From a virus, in the IMG/VR virus record IMGVR_UViG_3300037486_000490, positions 1-64,000 of that record: a stretch of DNA of 64,000 bases; one strand, given 5' to 3'. Positions 37,793-47,351 of the stretch are shown piece by piece (position 1 is the stretch's first letter; each line of letters starts with the position of its first letter). Position numbers and translations under genes: made by a program. A model generated the notes under the pieces. The model had not been told where the DNA came from and searched no databases. It was given only the letters and a program-made list of their open reading frames with translations.

Positions 37793-38800
37793 TTATAAAT
37801 CCGGGTCGGTCTTTGTCACATCTATACTATACACACCACCCCCATGAACCAGGGAACTGCTACAAGATATGTTTAAGTTAATCTGATCACCATCTTTTGA
37901 AGACGTACTAACCCAACTGGTAGAGCCATCTACATGCCAGATTCTTACCCATACATAAACATCGTAAGCACCAAGTCCGGTATCAATCCTGAATGTTATA
38001 TGCTGAGATGTTGCTGAGTCAGTCAAAACTGTTGATGCATAGTTGGAAAAAGTTAATCCTGAACTATCGTAATCATTAAAATAATAGGATATTGAGGAAG
38101 AACTTGCCTGCGTTACCTCTATTGTTCTTCCGAATGAGTTATCGCTTGTAAATACCCATACTGTATCAGTACGAGATGCTCCACTATTAATTGCGTTTGG
38201 TACCAGGCGTAGTTCATCACCATCAACATAGTCTCCGGTATTCACCTGAATACCGCCTCGATAAACGCTCGGAGTAATCCAACTTGGATAACTATCAATG
38301 ATCCATGCGGATGCACTCGTTGAAATTATTGATCCCATGTAGGTATATCCACTACTTGTAAACGCCATGCTTACAACTGAAGGGTTCAGATAATCAGCAA
38401 CTACAAATGACCCAGAATTAATATACACTACTCCATCTATAGTAGCATTGGGGAGTTTATATACTGTTCCCGGTTGACTCGTAGACCATGTAAGACATTG
38501 TGTGCTGCATATAATTAACTCATATTGAAAGGTTCCTATTCCAAACGGACAATCTACATACTGATTATCTTCAAACTGAACATCAATTATAACACTTATA
38601 GCTAATGATTCATCTTGCCTGTAGCTTAATGTCTCTGCACTTGTCTTATAAAACCATGTGCCTACACCACCAGGTCTTCTTAAACGTACCCCAAAGTAAT
38701 AAGAACCCAGACCCATATCCTCCGGTCTTACCCTATCCGCAGTACCTGCATATGCAAAGTACTTGAATACTACTTGGTAAGGTGTTGTTCGTGGTGCCAT
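37793..38800 (-). CDS. Tail-associated beta-sandwich protein with a BACON-like domain
   Basis: W.I...PSWIT...N.GASRTDTV...TIEVTQA pattern. Confidence 0.6.
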   Translation of the reverse strand: MAPRTTPYQVVFKYFAYAGTADRVRPEDMGLGSYYFGVRLRRPGGVGTWFYKTSAETLSYRQDESLAISVIIDVQFEDNQYVDCPFGIGTFQYELIICSTQCLTWSTSQPGTVYKLPNATIDGVVYINSGSFVVADYLNPSVVSMAFTSSGYTYMGSIISTSASAWIIDSYPSWITPSVYRGGIQVNTGDYVDGDELRLVPNAINSGASRTDTVWVFTSDNSFGRTIEVTQASSSSISYYFNDYDSSGLTFSNYASTVLTDSATSQHITFRIDTGLGAYDVYVWVRIWHVDGSTSWVSTSSKDGDQINLNISCSSSLVHGGGVYSIDVTKTDPDL

Positions 38801-38802
38801 AA

Positions 38803-39189
38803 TTACGCTAAATATTCATTATCTACAGGATATAAAGTGGCAGGTATTGTACTTCCACCAGTACCTGAAAAAGTATAAATTGGCGGCTTTAACGTAGAGT
38901 CATGGTTATATCCTCTGAAATCTCCAAGTCTGTAATTACTAATAGGTTTAGTATATCCCCAAATAGTAGGAGAATATACACCACCTGCAAGTTCAGGTAG
39001 TGCAAAGCCACACATCCCATCCGATCCCTTCCAGAAAGTAGAAACCCCATCTGCACCTCTTGTAGGTTTAAATCTACTCCACATATTCACAAGAGTAGAA
39101 ATACACAACTCAGAGACCTGGTTGATATCCTCACCAAGAGTATTCTTAATGAGCGTAGTGGTTATATCTGTAGTTCCCAATGCTGCCAT
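38803..39189 (-). CDS. Tail-associated protein (128 aa)
   Basis: LC.S..VNMWSRFKP and YRLGDFRGYNH motifs, common in Bacteroidota phage tail genes. Confidence 0.65.
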   Translation of the reverse strand: MAALGTTDITTTLIKNTLGEDINQVSELCISTLVNMWSRFKPTRGADGVSTFWKGSDGMCGFALPELAGGVYSPTIWGYTKPISNYRLGDFRGYNHDSTLKPPIYTFSGTGGSTIPATLYPVDNEYLA

Positions 39190-39191
39190 AT

Positions 39192-41252
39192 CTACGGTGT
39201 TCCGAATGCTGCTATATCATTAGCAGCTGTTAATAATCCTGCGGAGCTTAAGCTTGCAATAATGGTAGTTCCATACTTAAATACAAGTTTTCCGCTTTCT
39301 TGCATTATGGTAAAGTTTGTCATATTAAGTTCAGCATGCGTATGTGCCAGTAAACTATACCTTAAATCTCCACGCGCATCTGTATGATATATTGTATGAT
39401 CGTCATCGAGCAATCCTGTCAATGAACCATGGTCAGTAAGTATCGGAGCAGTGCCTGATAACTGTGGATTGCCCCTGAGATCCTGAGCCTCAGCGTATGT
39501 TCCACTTGAAGAGGTAGCATCGACTATTACCTTGTATAATACCTTGAACTCCGGAGAGGGCAATGTTCCAAAAGACAATCCCGAGTATGTTGCTGCCCTT
39601 GCTGCAGCTAATGTGCCATATGCAGCCTGACCCATAAGTGAAATAATAGGTGACACCGTATCATTGGTTGCTACCAGGTAATACACCCCATATTCATTCG
39701 ATGCAAGCTCTGCCAGCGTTCCGGCATTATCATACTGGGGTCTTCCACCAGTTCCTGCTTTCCACCAACTATTTTGAAGTGAAGTCCATAACCAATTGAG
39801 ACTTACATCCCTGTAAACAACTGATACCTGGTATGGATTTGCTCCCGTAATGCTGTAAAAAAGATCCTCATCCGCATACTGTCCACCTAAAAGGTTAATG
39901 GATGTGTCAGCAAAAGCTGCTGTAAGCCCTGAGATATATGCTGTACCCCTTGTAAGATGCAGATAAGCATGCGTAGAAGAAGTCATGTTAGTCCCGTGAC
40001 GCTCGTCATATAACCGGTAATTCGCACCGTTCTTGTAAACAATGCATATAGGAACTGCGGTAAATATGCTCCAGGATACTTGCAGTCTTGTTAGTACTCC
40101 CGAACTATTATAGTACACATACCATATTCCATTAGCAGATGCAGAAAAATCTAACGTCTGCGTTGTCTTGGCATATGCTGTTCCCTTATACCATGCAGTA
40201 TGTACCCCTGTAATATTCAATACTCCTGCAACAACAGACAATGTAGGAGTGGGATACAATCCCGTAGGCTCCTCTATAGCATCAACAGGGTTATTTGTTA
40301 TATTATCCCAGTGAACCTGAGCAGATCCTGAGGTCTGTACCTCTGTTTTGGTGTATACGCTTGTTGCAGCTGCATAACCGGCGGATGCATGGTTGCCCCA
40401 TCCATAAGCGGTATTCCAGTTAGCTGAGTTATTTGTTATTGATGTTCCCCATCCAAGTCCTGTAGAAAGTCCAATCCCTGCCCCGGGATATACCATACTC
40501 ACAGAACCACCTCCAGCCGGTTGCCAGGTACCGTCCTCACGAAGAAACAACGTAGCGCCGGTACCGAGTATAATACCACCCATAACAGTCGGCGTGGCAA
40601 CAGGCATGCTTTCCCAGATAGTAGGAGGAAGCCATCCGGTAGAAGACCATGCCTGGATTTCATAATCACCGGCAAAAGACTTCTTGCATCTCAAATATTC
40701 ATTCGGGAGACCGGAATTCATAATCTCAAACCAGTCACTGACATCTGTTCCACCAGAAGTAGCAGGTATCCATGACCTGACGCCTGCCGTAGTAGAACTT
40801 AAGACATATCCACTCACAGCGGGGTTGCCAAGAACAGGCTCATATACTCCGGCATGCGTATGTGCAACAGGAGAATAGACTCCCGTATGAGTATGCGCCA
40901 GCAGAGAATAACGTGCATCCCCGCGTGTCTGGTTATAATATATCGTATGATCGTCCACCCCAAGATCAAGCAGATCTCCATGGGATACGATAGCACTATC
41001 GGTATCTATCACCAACTCCCAGTTGACAGCCTGGTATGCCCCGGTAGAGTCCGCGGTACAAACGTATAGTTTACCAGTAGTGAGGTAAAGGTCGTTAATG
41101 AAGTAAGGATGAGTGGGTTCTGAGTAAAATACCTGTGCCCTGGAATTCTGCAGGTCTACCAGGCTATTATTTACATGAATGAATGCATCACGGAGCAGAT
41201 CCCCTGTACCGTCATCAGCTGCAAGTCCAACATTTATAAGTTCTATAGCCAT
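39192..41252 (-). CDS. Tail fibre protein (686 aa, no signal peptide)
   Basis: N-terminal DDGTGDLLRDAF anchor; HG.L..L..DDHTIY x2; HTH metal-knot repeats; FLREDGTW. Confidence 0.8.
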   Translation of the reverse strand: MAIELINVGLAADDGTGDLLRDAFIHVNNSLVDLQNSRAQVFYSEPTHPYFINDLYLTTGKLYVCTADSTGAYQAVNWELVIDTDSAIVSHGDLLDLGVDDHTIYYNQTRGDARYSLLAHTHTGVYSPVAHTHAGVYEPVLGNPAVSGYVLSSTTAGVRSWIPATSGGTDVSDWFEIMNSGLPNEYLRCKKSFAGDYEIQAWSSTGWLPPTIWESMPVATPTVMGGIILGTGATLFLREDGTWQPAGGGSVSMVYPGAGIGLSTGLGWGTSITNNSANWNTAYGWGNHASAGYAAATSVYTKTEVQTSGSAQVHWDNITNNPVDAIEEPTGLYPTPTLSVVAGVLNITGVHTAWYKGTAYAKTTQTLDFSASANGIWYVYYNSSGVLTRLQVSWSIFTAVPICIVYKNGANYRLYDERHGTNMTSSTHAYLHLTRGTAYISGLTAAFADTSINLLGGQYADEDLFYSITGANPYQVSVVYRDVSLNWLWTSLQNSWWKAGTGGRPQYDNAGTLAELASNEYGVYYLVATNDTVSPIISLMGQAAYGTLAAARAATYSGLSFGTLPSPEFKVLYKVIVDATSSSGTYAEAQDLRGNPQLSGTAPILTDHGSLTGLLDDDHTIYHTDARGDLRYSLLAHTHAELNMTNFTIMQESGKLVFKYGTTIIASLSSAGLLTAANDIAAFGTP

Positions 41253-41536
41253 CAGATCTGTATTGCATCAGAAGATATAAAAGTCATGTCTGCTGTTAGA
41301 GGAATGGTAACAGGTATTGTTGATCCCGGGGTGGTAAGACTGCTTGCGTCATAGTCCACTTCATAGACAAAACGAAGCAGATATTCCTCAAGCACATCCT
41401 GAAAGATATTCTCATGCTCAATACCCAAAGCCATAGCGGTTGCCATAAGCTGGCATTTATGACTTATTGAACTATCGAGGGCAACGATAAAATCGGTGAC
41501 ACTTGGATAGTCAAGGTAATTGAGCGAGAATGGCAT
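41252..41536 (-). CDS. Small tail hub-like protein
   Basis: Coupled ORF between hub and fibre genes. Confidence 0.5.
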   Translation of the reverse strand: MPFSLNYLDYPSVTDFIVALDSSISHKCQLMATAMALGIEHENIFQDVLEEYLLRFVYEVDYDASSLTTPGSTIPVTIPLTADMTFISSDAIQI

Positions 41537-42240
41537 TAGTGTCCGGGTTTAAAAATATAAATACCAGTATCAACAATGGACTTAAGCGCTATGGCTTTCT
41601 CGTTTGCATTCGAGAAATACCCGTAGTCAAAGTCATATCTTATACCATATTGGATAATCATAAGCTTAAGAACGCTGTCCTTAAGGATATCAACATCCTG
41701 TTTATAAGCAGTCTCATCTGCCTTCAATTCAAGATAGGCAGTTATCGATGTGGATAAATACTCATCAGATACCTTTGTAGTAAGTAACCTACAGGTATAG
41801 TTCACCGCTACGGCTCCCGGATTGGTATCCCCGTTAGTTACAATCTTGTAAACGCCGTCTGGGAACGTGACATAATCAAACGCCAGGGCAACACCATCGG
41901 CATCCGTATATGTGAACTTGGCTGCGTTTGCCGCCAGTTTGATATCATCCACCGACAGGTGCAGAAATTTGTCTGCAATATCCGTGTCATATCCCCACTT
42001 TACCATGTCTACCAATAGATTGGTAGCATAATATGCTGTAAGTTTTGTTGCTATTTCATCTATTCTTATATAGTACGGATCGATAAAGAACGTACTCTTA
42101 ATGGTAAGAATGGACAGATCCGGAAATGTAATTACAAAAGCATCGGGATCGGCTGTAAAATCAGTATACACCCCGGTTGATAGTATCTGAAGCACCAGGG
42201 CTTCGCCTTTACGTATTACAGTTTTTGCTATTACAGCCAT
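41536..42240 (-). CDS. Tail hub-like protein
   Basis: FPDGVY motif plus helical C-terminus, as in crAss tail hub proteins; synteny. Confidence 0.55.
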   Translation of the reverse strand: MAVIAKTVIRKGEALVLQILSTGVYTDFTADPDAFVITFPDLSILTIKSTFFIDPYYIRIDEIATKLTAYYATNLLVDMVKWGYDTDIADKFLHLSVDDIKLAANAAKFTYTDADGVALAFDYVTFPDGVYKIVTNGDTNPGAVAVNYTCRLLTTKVSDEYLSTSITAYLELKADETAYKQDVDILKDSVLKLMIIQYGIRYDFDYGYFSNANEKAIALKSIVDTGIYIFKPGH

Positions 42241-42253
42241 GGCATAATAAGAT

Positions 42254-42284
42254 AAAAGAAAGGGGAGGTGAATTCTCCCCTTTC
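42254..42284 (-). terminator. Intrinsic terminator
   Basis: GAAAGGGGAG/CTCCCCTTTC stem followed by TTTT on the minus strand. Confidence 0.75.
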
Positions 42285-42294
42285 AAGTGACTAA

Positions 42295-43209
42295 TTAAAT
42301 ACCCAGGTTAGTGGGGAAAGCGGCTTTCAGAAGATCGCCGAAAGAGTTTGTTGCACCGGCAGTCTCAACGATGTACAGTTTCAGCGGGTTATTAGCCTGC
42401 ATCTTGCTACCGTCAACGGGACTAAATGGATTAGCAATCTCAAGAATGTACTGGTCGAAGGTGGTCTGCGAAGGCTGCATTTTTGAAGGAGCAGTCTTGG
42501 GGAAGAGAACCTTGTTGTACACACCATACTGATAAGAATTGCACTCCTGTTCCAGAGCAGTGATCTTAGCGAGAGTTCCGGTTGACGGAATCATCTTGGT
42601 TGTAAGAACGGTTGTAAAGACAGATGCAAGATCATCAGTTGCAGTTGCAAGAGTATAATCCTTACTGAGTGTAAGTATCAGGGTAGTTGTACCTGTAGCA
42701 ACAACAAAACTGAAATCTTCGTCAGCATTGATCAGAGTCCTGAATGCATCCATGACCGTGGTGGTCGTGAAATCAGTACCAACATGAACAACCTGGAACG
42801 TCTTGCGAAGCATCGGCTGTGTACCGGTTGTAAGATCGATCAGTTTGATCGAATAGACATCACCTGTGTACTGAGTGGCAGGAAGGACTGGGGTGATCGT
42901 GGTAACCTGTGCGGTACCTGCGCTGTACGGTACGTAAGAGTACTTGGTGATCTGTGAAAGACTGAATGCCGGTGAGCAATAGAAGTTCAGATCAGTGGAT
43001 GATCTCCTTGTAACAAGTTTGAACTTAAGTGCTTCAAGGGAAGGATCAGTAGCGCCACCTACACCGATATACCCAGTCAAGTCAGTTGTAAAACCGTCAG
43101 TTGAGATCATGGAAGAAGTTGCAGGGACTATGCCCCACTCTGCTGCAGCAAGAGTGCTAAGAGCGCCCGCTGTGCCCCTGGTTATGCCAGGAAAATAACA
43201 TTGTTTCAT
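42295..43209 (-). CDS. Auxiliary capsid/portal-vertex structural protein
   Basis: Thr-rich 304-aa protein in the conserved crAss position downstream of the first ring gene. Confidence 0.6.
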   Translation of the reverse strand: MKQCYFPGITRGTAGALSTLAAAEWGIVPATSSMISTDGFTTDLTGYIGVGGATDPSLEALKFKLVTRRSSTDLNFYCSPAFSLSQITKYSYVPYSAGTAQVTTITPVLPATQYTGDVYSIKLIDLTTGTQPMLRKTFQVVHVGTDFTTTTVMDAFRTLINADEDFSFVVATGTTTLILTLSKDYTLATATDDLASVFTTVLTTKMIPSTGTLAKITALEQECNSYQYGVYNKVLFPKTAPSKMQPSQTTFDQYILEIANPFSPVDGSKMQANNPLKLYIVETAGATNSFGDLLKAAFPTNLGI

Positions 43210-43230
43210 TTTTTTGTTTTTTAAAGGTTA

Positions 43231-44271
43231 TTATTCGTTTTTGAGTGATTCCTGATTAGAGCTTTGATACCTTTGACTTTCTATAACCTCTAAAATGCGG
43301 TTGACAACTGAATCTACTATCTCCAAATGTGTATGCTCAGGTAGTTCACAATTCAACAACGAAGTTATACTCACCGCCCTTGGTTTGCGAATGTACGTCA
43401 TGAATAGGTCTTTTAATATAAGCCTTTCACTGTGAAGCACCCTCAATGAGTTCTCACGGACAACTGCCAGAGGGGATCTTTCGGTGGATTTTGCAAATGG
43501 ATTTGTTTGATCCCTGAAGACATCTTCGTGCTCGCTTACCCTTACTGGAGAGTTATATACCGGGAAATTGAAAACGGGTAGGGCTCTTATTGACCATGCC
43601 GATCCATCATAGTACAGGATATTGTTCCTGGTAGGGGAAAGAGCAAAGTTTGTGTATGAACCGGTGGTATTGGCAATATAGAAATCGCCTCTTACAGGCG
43701 TGGGAGTTGCCGGGTTGGTAGTTGTAACAGCCATTCCCAGGTAACGCGTGGTGATCCCCTGCTCAATTGCAAGCGGTTTAGCATTCACTACCAGGTTTAT
43801 ACGCGAGGATACATGTATGAAATAGTCATACAGCGTTACAGTTCCTGTACCGGTACCAGCAGCAGAAGCGATGAACACCGTTCCTACCTCGTTATTGGGA
43901 GCGCCAATTGTCGTAAAAGTAGTATTACCTACGGATACTATCTGGTATAATGAACCGGCAGCAGCTGCTGTAACAAGTATGGGAGTAGCCGATCCGAGCA
44001 GATACCTGCGATAATCCGGATTGGTATTGTCTATTACGGGAAGAAGACTGACTTCCTTTACAATACTCTGCAAATCGGCAAGCCGCTTTGAAGTATCCTC
44101 AAACCCCCGGCGTTTCGGATTTGAATCCGGGTAAAGCCGCTGCTTGATGAATGTCTCCTGAGCCTCGTTGATGAACAGGTCGATCTCTTCGGGCTGGAAG
44201 TTCTCAAATACATAGGAGTTTAAGTTCTGAAGCTTCTGCTCTATGGCAGTATGCATATTTTGTATGGTCAT
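43231..44271 (-). CDS. Tail ring protein 1 (head-tail connector) with an internal insertion
   Basis: PEEIDLFINEAQ, GFEDTSKR..DL, YIRKP, CELPEHTHLEIVD motifs. Confidence 0.8.
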   Translation of the reverse strand: MTIQNMHTAIEQKLQNLNSYVFENFQPEEIDLFINEAQETFIKQRLYPDSNPKRRGFEDTSKRLADLQSIVKEVSLLPVIDNTNPDYRRYLLGSATPILVTAAAAGSLYQIVSVGNTTFTTIGAPNNEVGTVFIASAAGTGTGTVTLYDYFIHVSSRINLVVNAKPLAIEQGITTRYLGMAVTTTNPATPTPVRGDFYIANTTGSYTNFALSPTRNNILYYDGSAWSIRALPVFNFPVYNSPVRVSEHEDVFRDQTNPFAKSTERSPLAVVRENSLRVLHSERLILKDLFMTYIRKPRAVSITSLLNCELPEHTHLEIVDSVVNRILEVIESQRYQSSNQESLKNE

Positions 44272-44282
44272 TGCCGCTTGTA

Positions 44283-44876
44283 TTAAATTATGCCTTCGAC
44301 TTTAAGGATCCCCAATATGTGCATATTTGCAACACGTTGCCGGAACCCGCTGGTCATCATCATCCTGCATTCCTCTTCATTATCGTAGAAGAAGTTCTCC
44401 GTGAGTATTGCCGGACAGATGGTATTTTTCAATATGGTGAAATTGGCTTCCTTATGTGGTTCATTCACCGATGTCCCCACCCTCATATGGCTCTCAGGAA
44501 ACTCCTTACAGGCTTCTGCAAAGAACACCTTGGCTACCCTGTCAGCTGCACTTATGGCAGAACTTACTGCGGTCCATACTTCCCAACCATGTCCTCCTCC
44601 CGCGTTAGCGTGAATGCTTACGAGAATAGAATTGAAATTGGTCTTCACCAGCGTATTCACGCGTTCAACCCTTTCCGAAAGGCTGATATCATTTTCCTCG
44701 GGTACCAGCACATGGAAACGTATGTCGTTTCTACAACTCAAGGTATATGCTATTCTGTCTACTATGTCACGATTGAACTCCCATTCAAAGAGCTGGGAAC
44801 CATCTGACCACACCGGAGAACGTTTTCCGGGAGTATTGTTCCCATGCCCGTTGTCCAATATCCATAGTCTGTTCAT
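44283..44876 (-). CDS. N-acetylmuramoyl-L-alanine amidase (Amidase_3), endolysin
   Basis: ILDNGHG...PGKRSP, E.EFNR, VSIHANA, AILTENFF zinc/catalytic motifs. Confidence 0.92.
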   Translation of the reverse strand: MNRLWILDNGHGNNTPGKRSPVWSDGSQLFEWEFNRDIVDRIAYTLSCRNDIRFHVLVPEENDISLSERVERVNTLVKTNFNSILVSIHANAGGGHGWEVWTAVSSAISAADRVAKVFFAEACKEFPESHMRVGTSVNEPHKEANFTILKNTICPAILTENFFYDNEEECRMMMTSGFRQRVANMHILGILKVEGII

Positions 44877-44884
44877 CCTTATGT

Positions 44885-44908
44885 AAAAGTACCGGGTTGC
44901 CCCGGTAC
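44885..44908 (-). terminator. Intrinsic terminator
   Basis: GTACCGGG/CCCGGTAC stem plus TTTT on the minus strand. Confidence 0.65.
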
Positions 44909-44914
44909 CCTTAT

Positions 44915-45724
44915 TTATGATTTGAACTCAGAAAGTCTTGCCTTCAAGACAGTCACAGTCTCGCTGTGAGTTTTATCCTTGAAGTACTCTATCGCTTCAT
45001 CGATTGTCCCGCCCAGGCGCTCGTCCCCGTTCAGGATCGATGTACCCACCCGGCGAAGTACGCTGTGACGTACGCAATTTTCAATGAACGCCTTGTGTTC
45101 AAGATTAGGATCCTTAAGGATTGCAATAAACTTAGCAGGGTTGTCAACGACGAATTTCTCCATCTGAAGTTCCCTGGTCTTCTCATCCATCTTGGAAGAG
45201 TCTATGCCGCAGACATTCATGACCATTGTCAACTTGTCCTCATTGGCACTGAGTTTGATGAACTCCTTATAAGCATCCTTCTTACCCTTGAGCTGTTCAA
45301 AGTCAGCTTCCAACTTGGCAGTGGCATCATGTATGAAAAACATGTACTTAACACTTCCGCTGCTTGCTTCGTCGGGAGCAACTTCGGGGTTCTTTGCACA
45401 AAACTTATACTTTAACCAGTCATTCAGATTTAATGGTTCACCTTCCTCGTCCAATCCTACCTCAAGTGATGTGCCTGCTGCAAGTACTTCTACTGTCAGA
45501 TTGGCAAAATATTCTTTAACCAGCTTGTGATAAGTAACGTCCGAGGCGGTTATTCCAAGAATCCGTGGCATGTACTTACGCTCTTCCTCGATGGTAAGCC
45601 CGCTGCCTATGTCTCCCGTGGGAGTGAAATATGAACCGATTTTTTTCTTGCTTTCTTCGTAAAGGTTTGCAGGGATGTTCGATGTATTCCTGCGACGTTT
45701 GATTGCTACAATCTTAGAACTCAT
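44915..45724 (-). CDS. Conserved crAss capsid-module protein downstream of the major capsid gene
   Basis: Synteny; GLT.EEE..YMP.ILG and PLNL.DW..YKFC..NP.VA motifs. Confidence 0.7.
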   Translation of the reverse strand: MSSKIVAIKRRRNTSNIPANLYEESKKKIGSYFTPTGDIGSGLTIEEERKYMPRILGITASDVTYHKLVKEYFANLTVEVLAAGTSLEVGLDEEGEPLNLNDWLKYKFCAKNPEVAPDEASSGSVKYMFFIHDATAKLEADFEQLKGKKDAYKEFIKLSANEDKLTMVMNVCGIDSSKMDEKTRELQMEKFVVDNPAKFIAILKDPNLEHKAFIENCVRHSVLRRVGTSILNGDERLGGTIDEAIEYFKDKTHSETVTVLKARLSEFKS

Positions 45725-45750
45725 ACTTTTATCTTATATAGTTAATAATG

Positions 45751-45788
45751 AAAAGGAAGAGAGGTCACAATCTGTGACCTCTTCTCCT
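45751..45788 (-). terminator. Intrinsic terminator after the major capsid gene
   Basis: AGAGGTCACA/TGTGACCTCT core stem, U-tract on the minus strand. Confidence 0.8.
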
Positions 45789-45795
45789 CTTTTAT

Positions 45796-47250
45796 TTACG
45801 ATGCAACACAACGCAGGTGAACGCAATTGGTAGCACGTTTGATCTGTATACCGCCGGTCTTCATGAAATGAACTGAAGCTCCGTCGATGTCATTTGCCCT
45901 GAGAGCGTTTCCGGAGAATCCCGGAGGAACTGTAGCACCCGCAACAGCCCATCTGAGCATATCGCGTCCGGTCTGTACAACCATCTGGATGTTAGGTTCG
46001 CCATCATAGACTGAATGATCAAGGAAGAACATCCTGTATGATTCCAGGGGTAAGCCTGTGCGTGGATGTTTCGCTGAGTTGAGTGCACGAGCACCCGTGT
46101 CAAGAAGCGGGAGATGTCTTACGGTGATCGTATGACCATCAATGTGCTTGTAGGAAGTGAAGAATCCGCCAAACGTCATCGAGTTTCCTGAACCGGTTAT
46201 GAATGAACTCGGGTCTGTGTTCTTGATGTATGAGCCAACGCTGATCTCAGATTTGATAGCATTGTCAAACTCTTCAAGCCCACCGAGTCCTGTGTACAGG
46301 ATGATGTTCATTGACTGTGCATCCGAAGCTCCGTAGAGTGCATCGCGAACGATGTTCTTCAGTTTGGATGTAGTCAGGACCGTGTAAGAATCTACGTTAG
46401 GAATCTGCTCCATAACGCCGGATCCCATTGGGATAGGTTTGCCGTTCTCATCGCGCAGGTTGATAACGCCATTGGCGTCCCTGTTATATTTCGAGAACCA
46501 CAGAAGGTATTCAGCTTCCTCTTTCCAGCGGAGTGAATGCTGATACTCTTCGAAGTCATACCACAGCTTGGTCATCTTGCCGTTGACATTGAATTCAACG
46601 TTGACAACTTTATTGGGCATGTTACCTTCATACCTGTAAGACTTACGGATCTGTGTGATCTGGTTGCGCAACCTCGAGGGTGCTACCCAGTTCGACTCGT
46701 TTCCGCGTGATCCGGAAGCAGCAACAGGAGCAAACAACTGAACGAACAACTTATTAAGCAGGTCGGTTGTGCTAACTGTAGCAGCAGGATCGGTGGTGAT
46801 CAGGTGGGTGGTATAAGTCCATGCACCACTTGCTGTTTCAAAACCATCGTCATCAATACGGAACTGTGTTCCATCGGGTGATTCGATGATGTACTGACGG
46901 TTGAACCACTTTTCAGTGAACGTCAGTTTAATAGGTGCAAAGCCTGCACCAAGGGTAACACCGGCAGTTGTGCCTGTGTTAACCGCAGTACACATAACAG
47001 CCTTGTTGAGTCTTCCCATCACGGGATAATCAAATTCGAACCCATTGATGTAACGGGTGTTTCCAAGACCTTCAGTTAAGAAAGACAGTGGAAATCTTTT
47101 GTCTTCACGCCCCGCGAGGTGTGTAAGAACCGGTGAGAGAACATCTGGCTGTGTAAGCAGCGCGTTAGCCAACGAGTTCTCGTCGGTCATCCCCTGCGGG
47201 TTCCAGATGTCTGCATATAACCGGAGTTTTGAAATGTTGTCAGCAGCCAT
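45796..47250 (-). CDS. Major capsid protein (crAss-type HK97 fold)
   Basis: 484 aa; MTDENSL, FPLSFLTEG, RNQITQIRKS, GSGVMEQI, YTGLGG, HPRTGLPLESYRM; follows portal and scaffold. Confidence 0.9.
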   Translation of the reverse strand: MAADNISKLRLYADIWNPQGMTDENSLANALLTQPDVLSPVLTHLAGREDKRFPLSFLTEGLGNTRYINGFEFDYPVMGRLNKAVMCTAVNTGTTAGVTLGAGFAPIKLTFTEKWFNRQYIIESPDGTQFRIDDDGFETASGAWTYTTHLITTDPAATVSTTDLLNKLFVQLFAPVAASGSRGNESNWVAPSRLRNQITQIRKSYRYEGNMPNKVVNVEFNVNGKMTKLWYDFEEYQHSLRWKEEAEYLLWFSKYNRDANGVINLRDENGKPIPMGSGVMEQIPNVDSYTVLTTSKLKNIVRDALYGASDAQSMNIILYTGLGGLEEFDNAIKSEISVGSYIKNTDPSSFITGSGNSMTFGGFFTSYKHIDGHTITVRHLPLLDTGARALNSAKHPRTGLPLESYRMFFLDHSVYDGEPNIQMVVQTGRDMLRWAVAGATVPPGFSGNALRANDIDGASVHFMKTGGIQIKRATNCVHLRCVAS

Positions 47251-47351
47251 TTTTAATTGGTTTTAGTTAAGACAATTGATTTTATGTCCTTCATCCGAAG
47301 GGCGTACTTTGCTCCTGACATTACTGTAATATGCTTTATAATACTGCGGGT

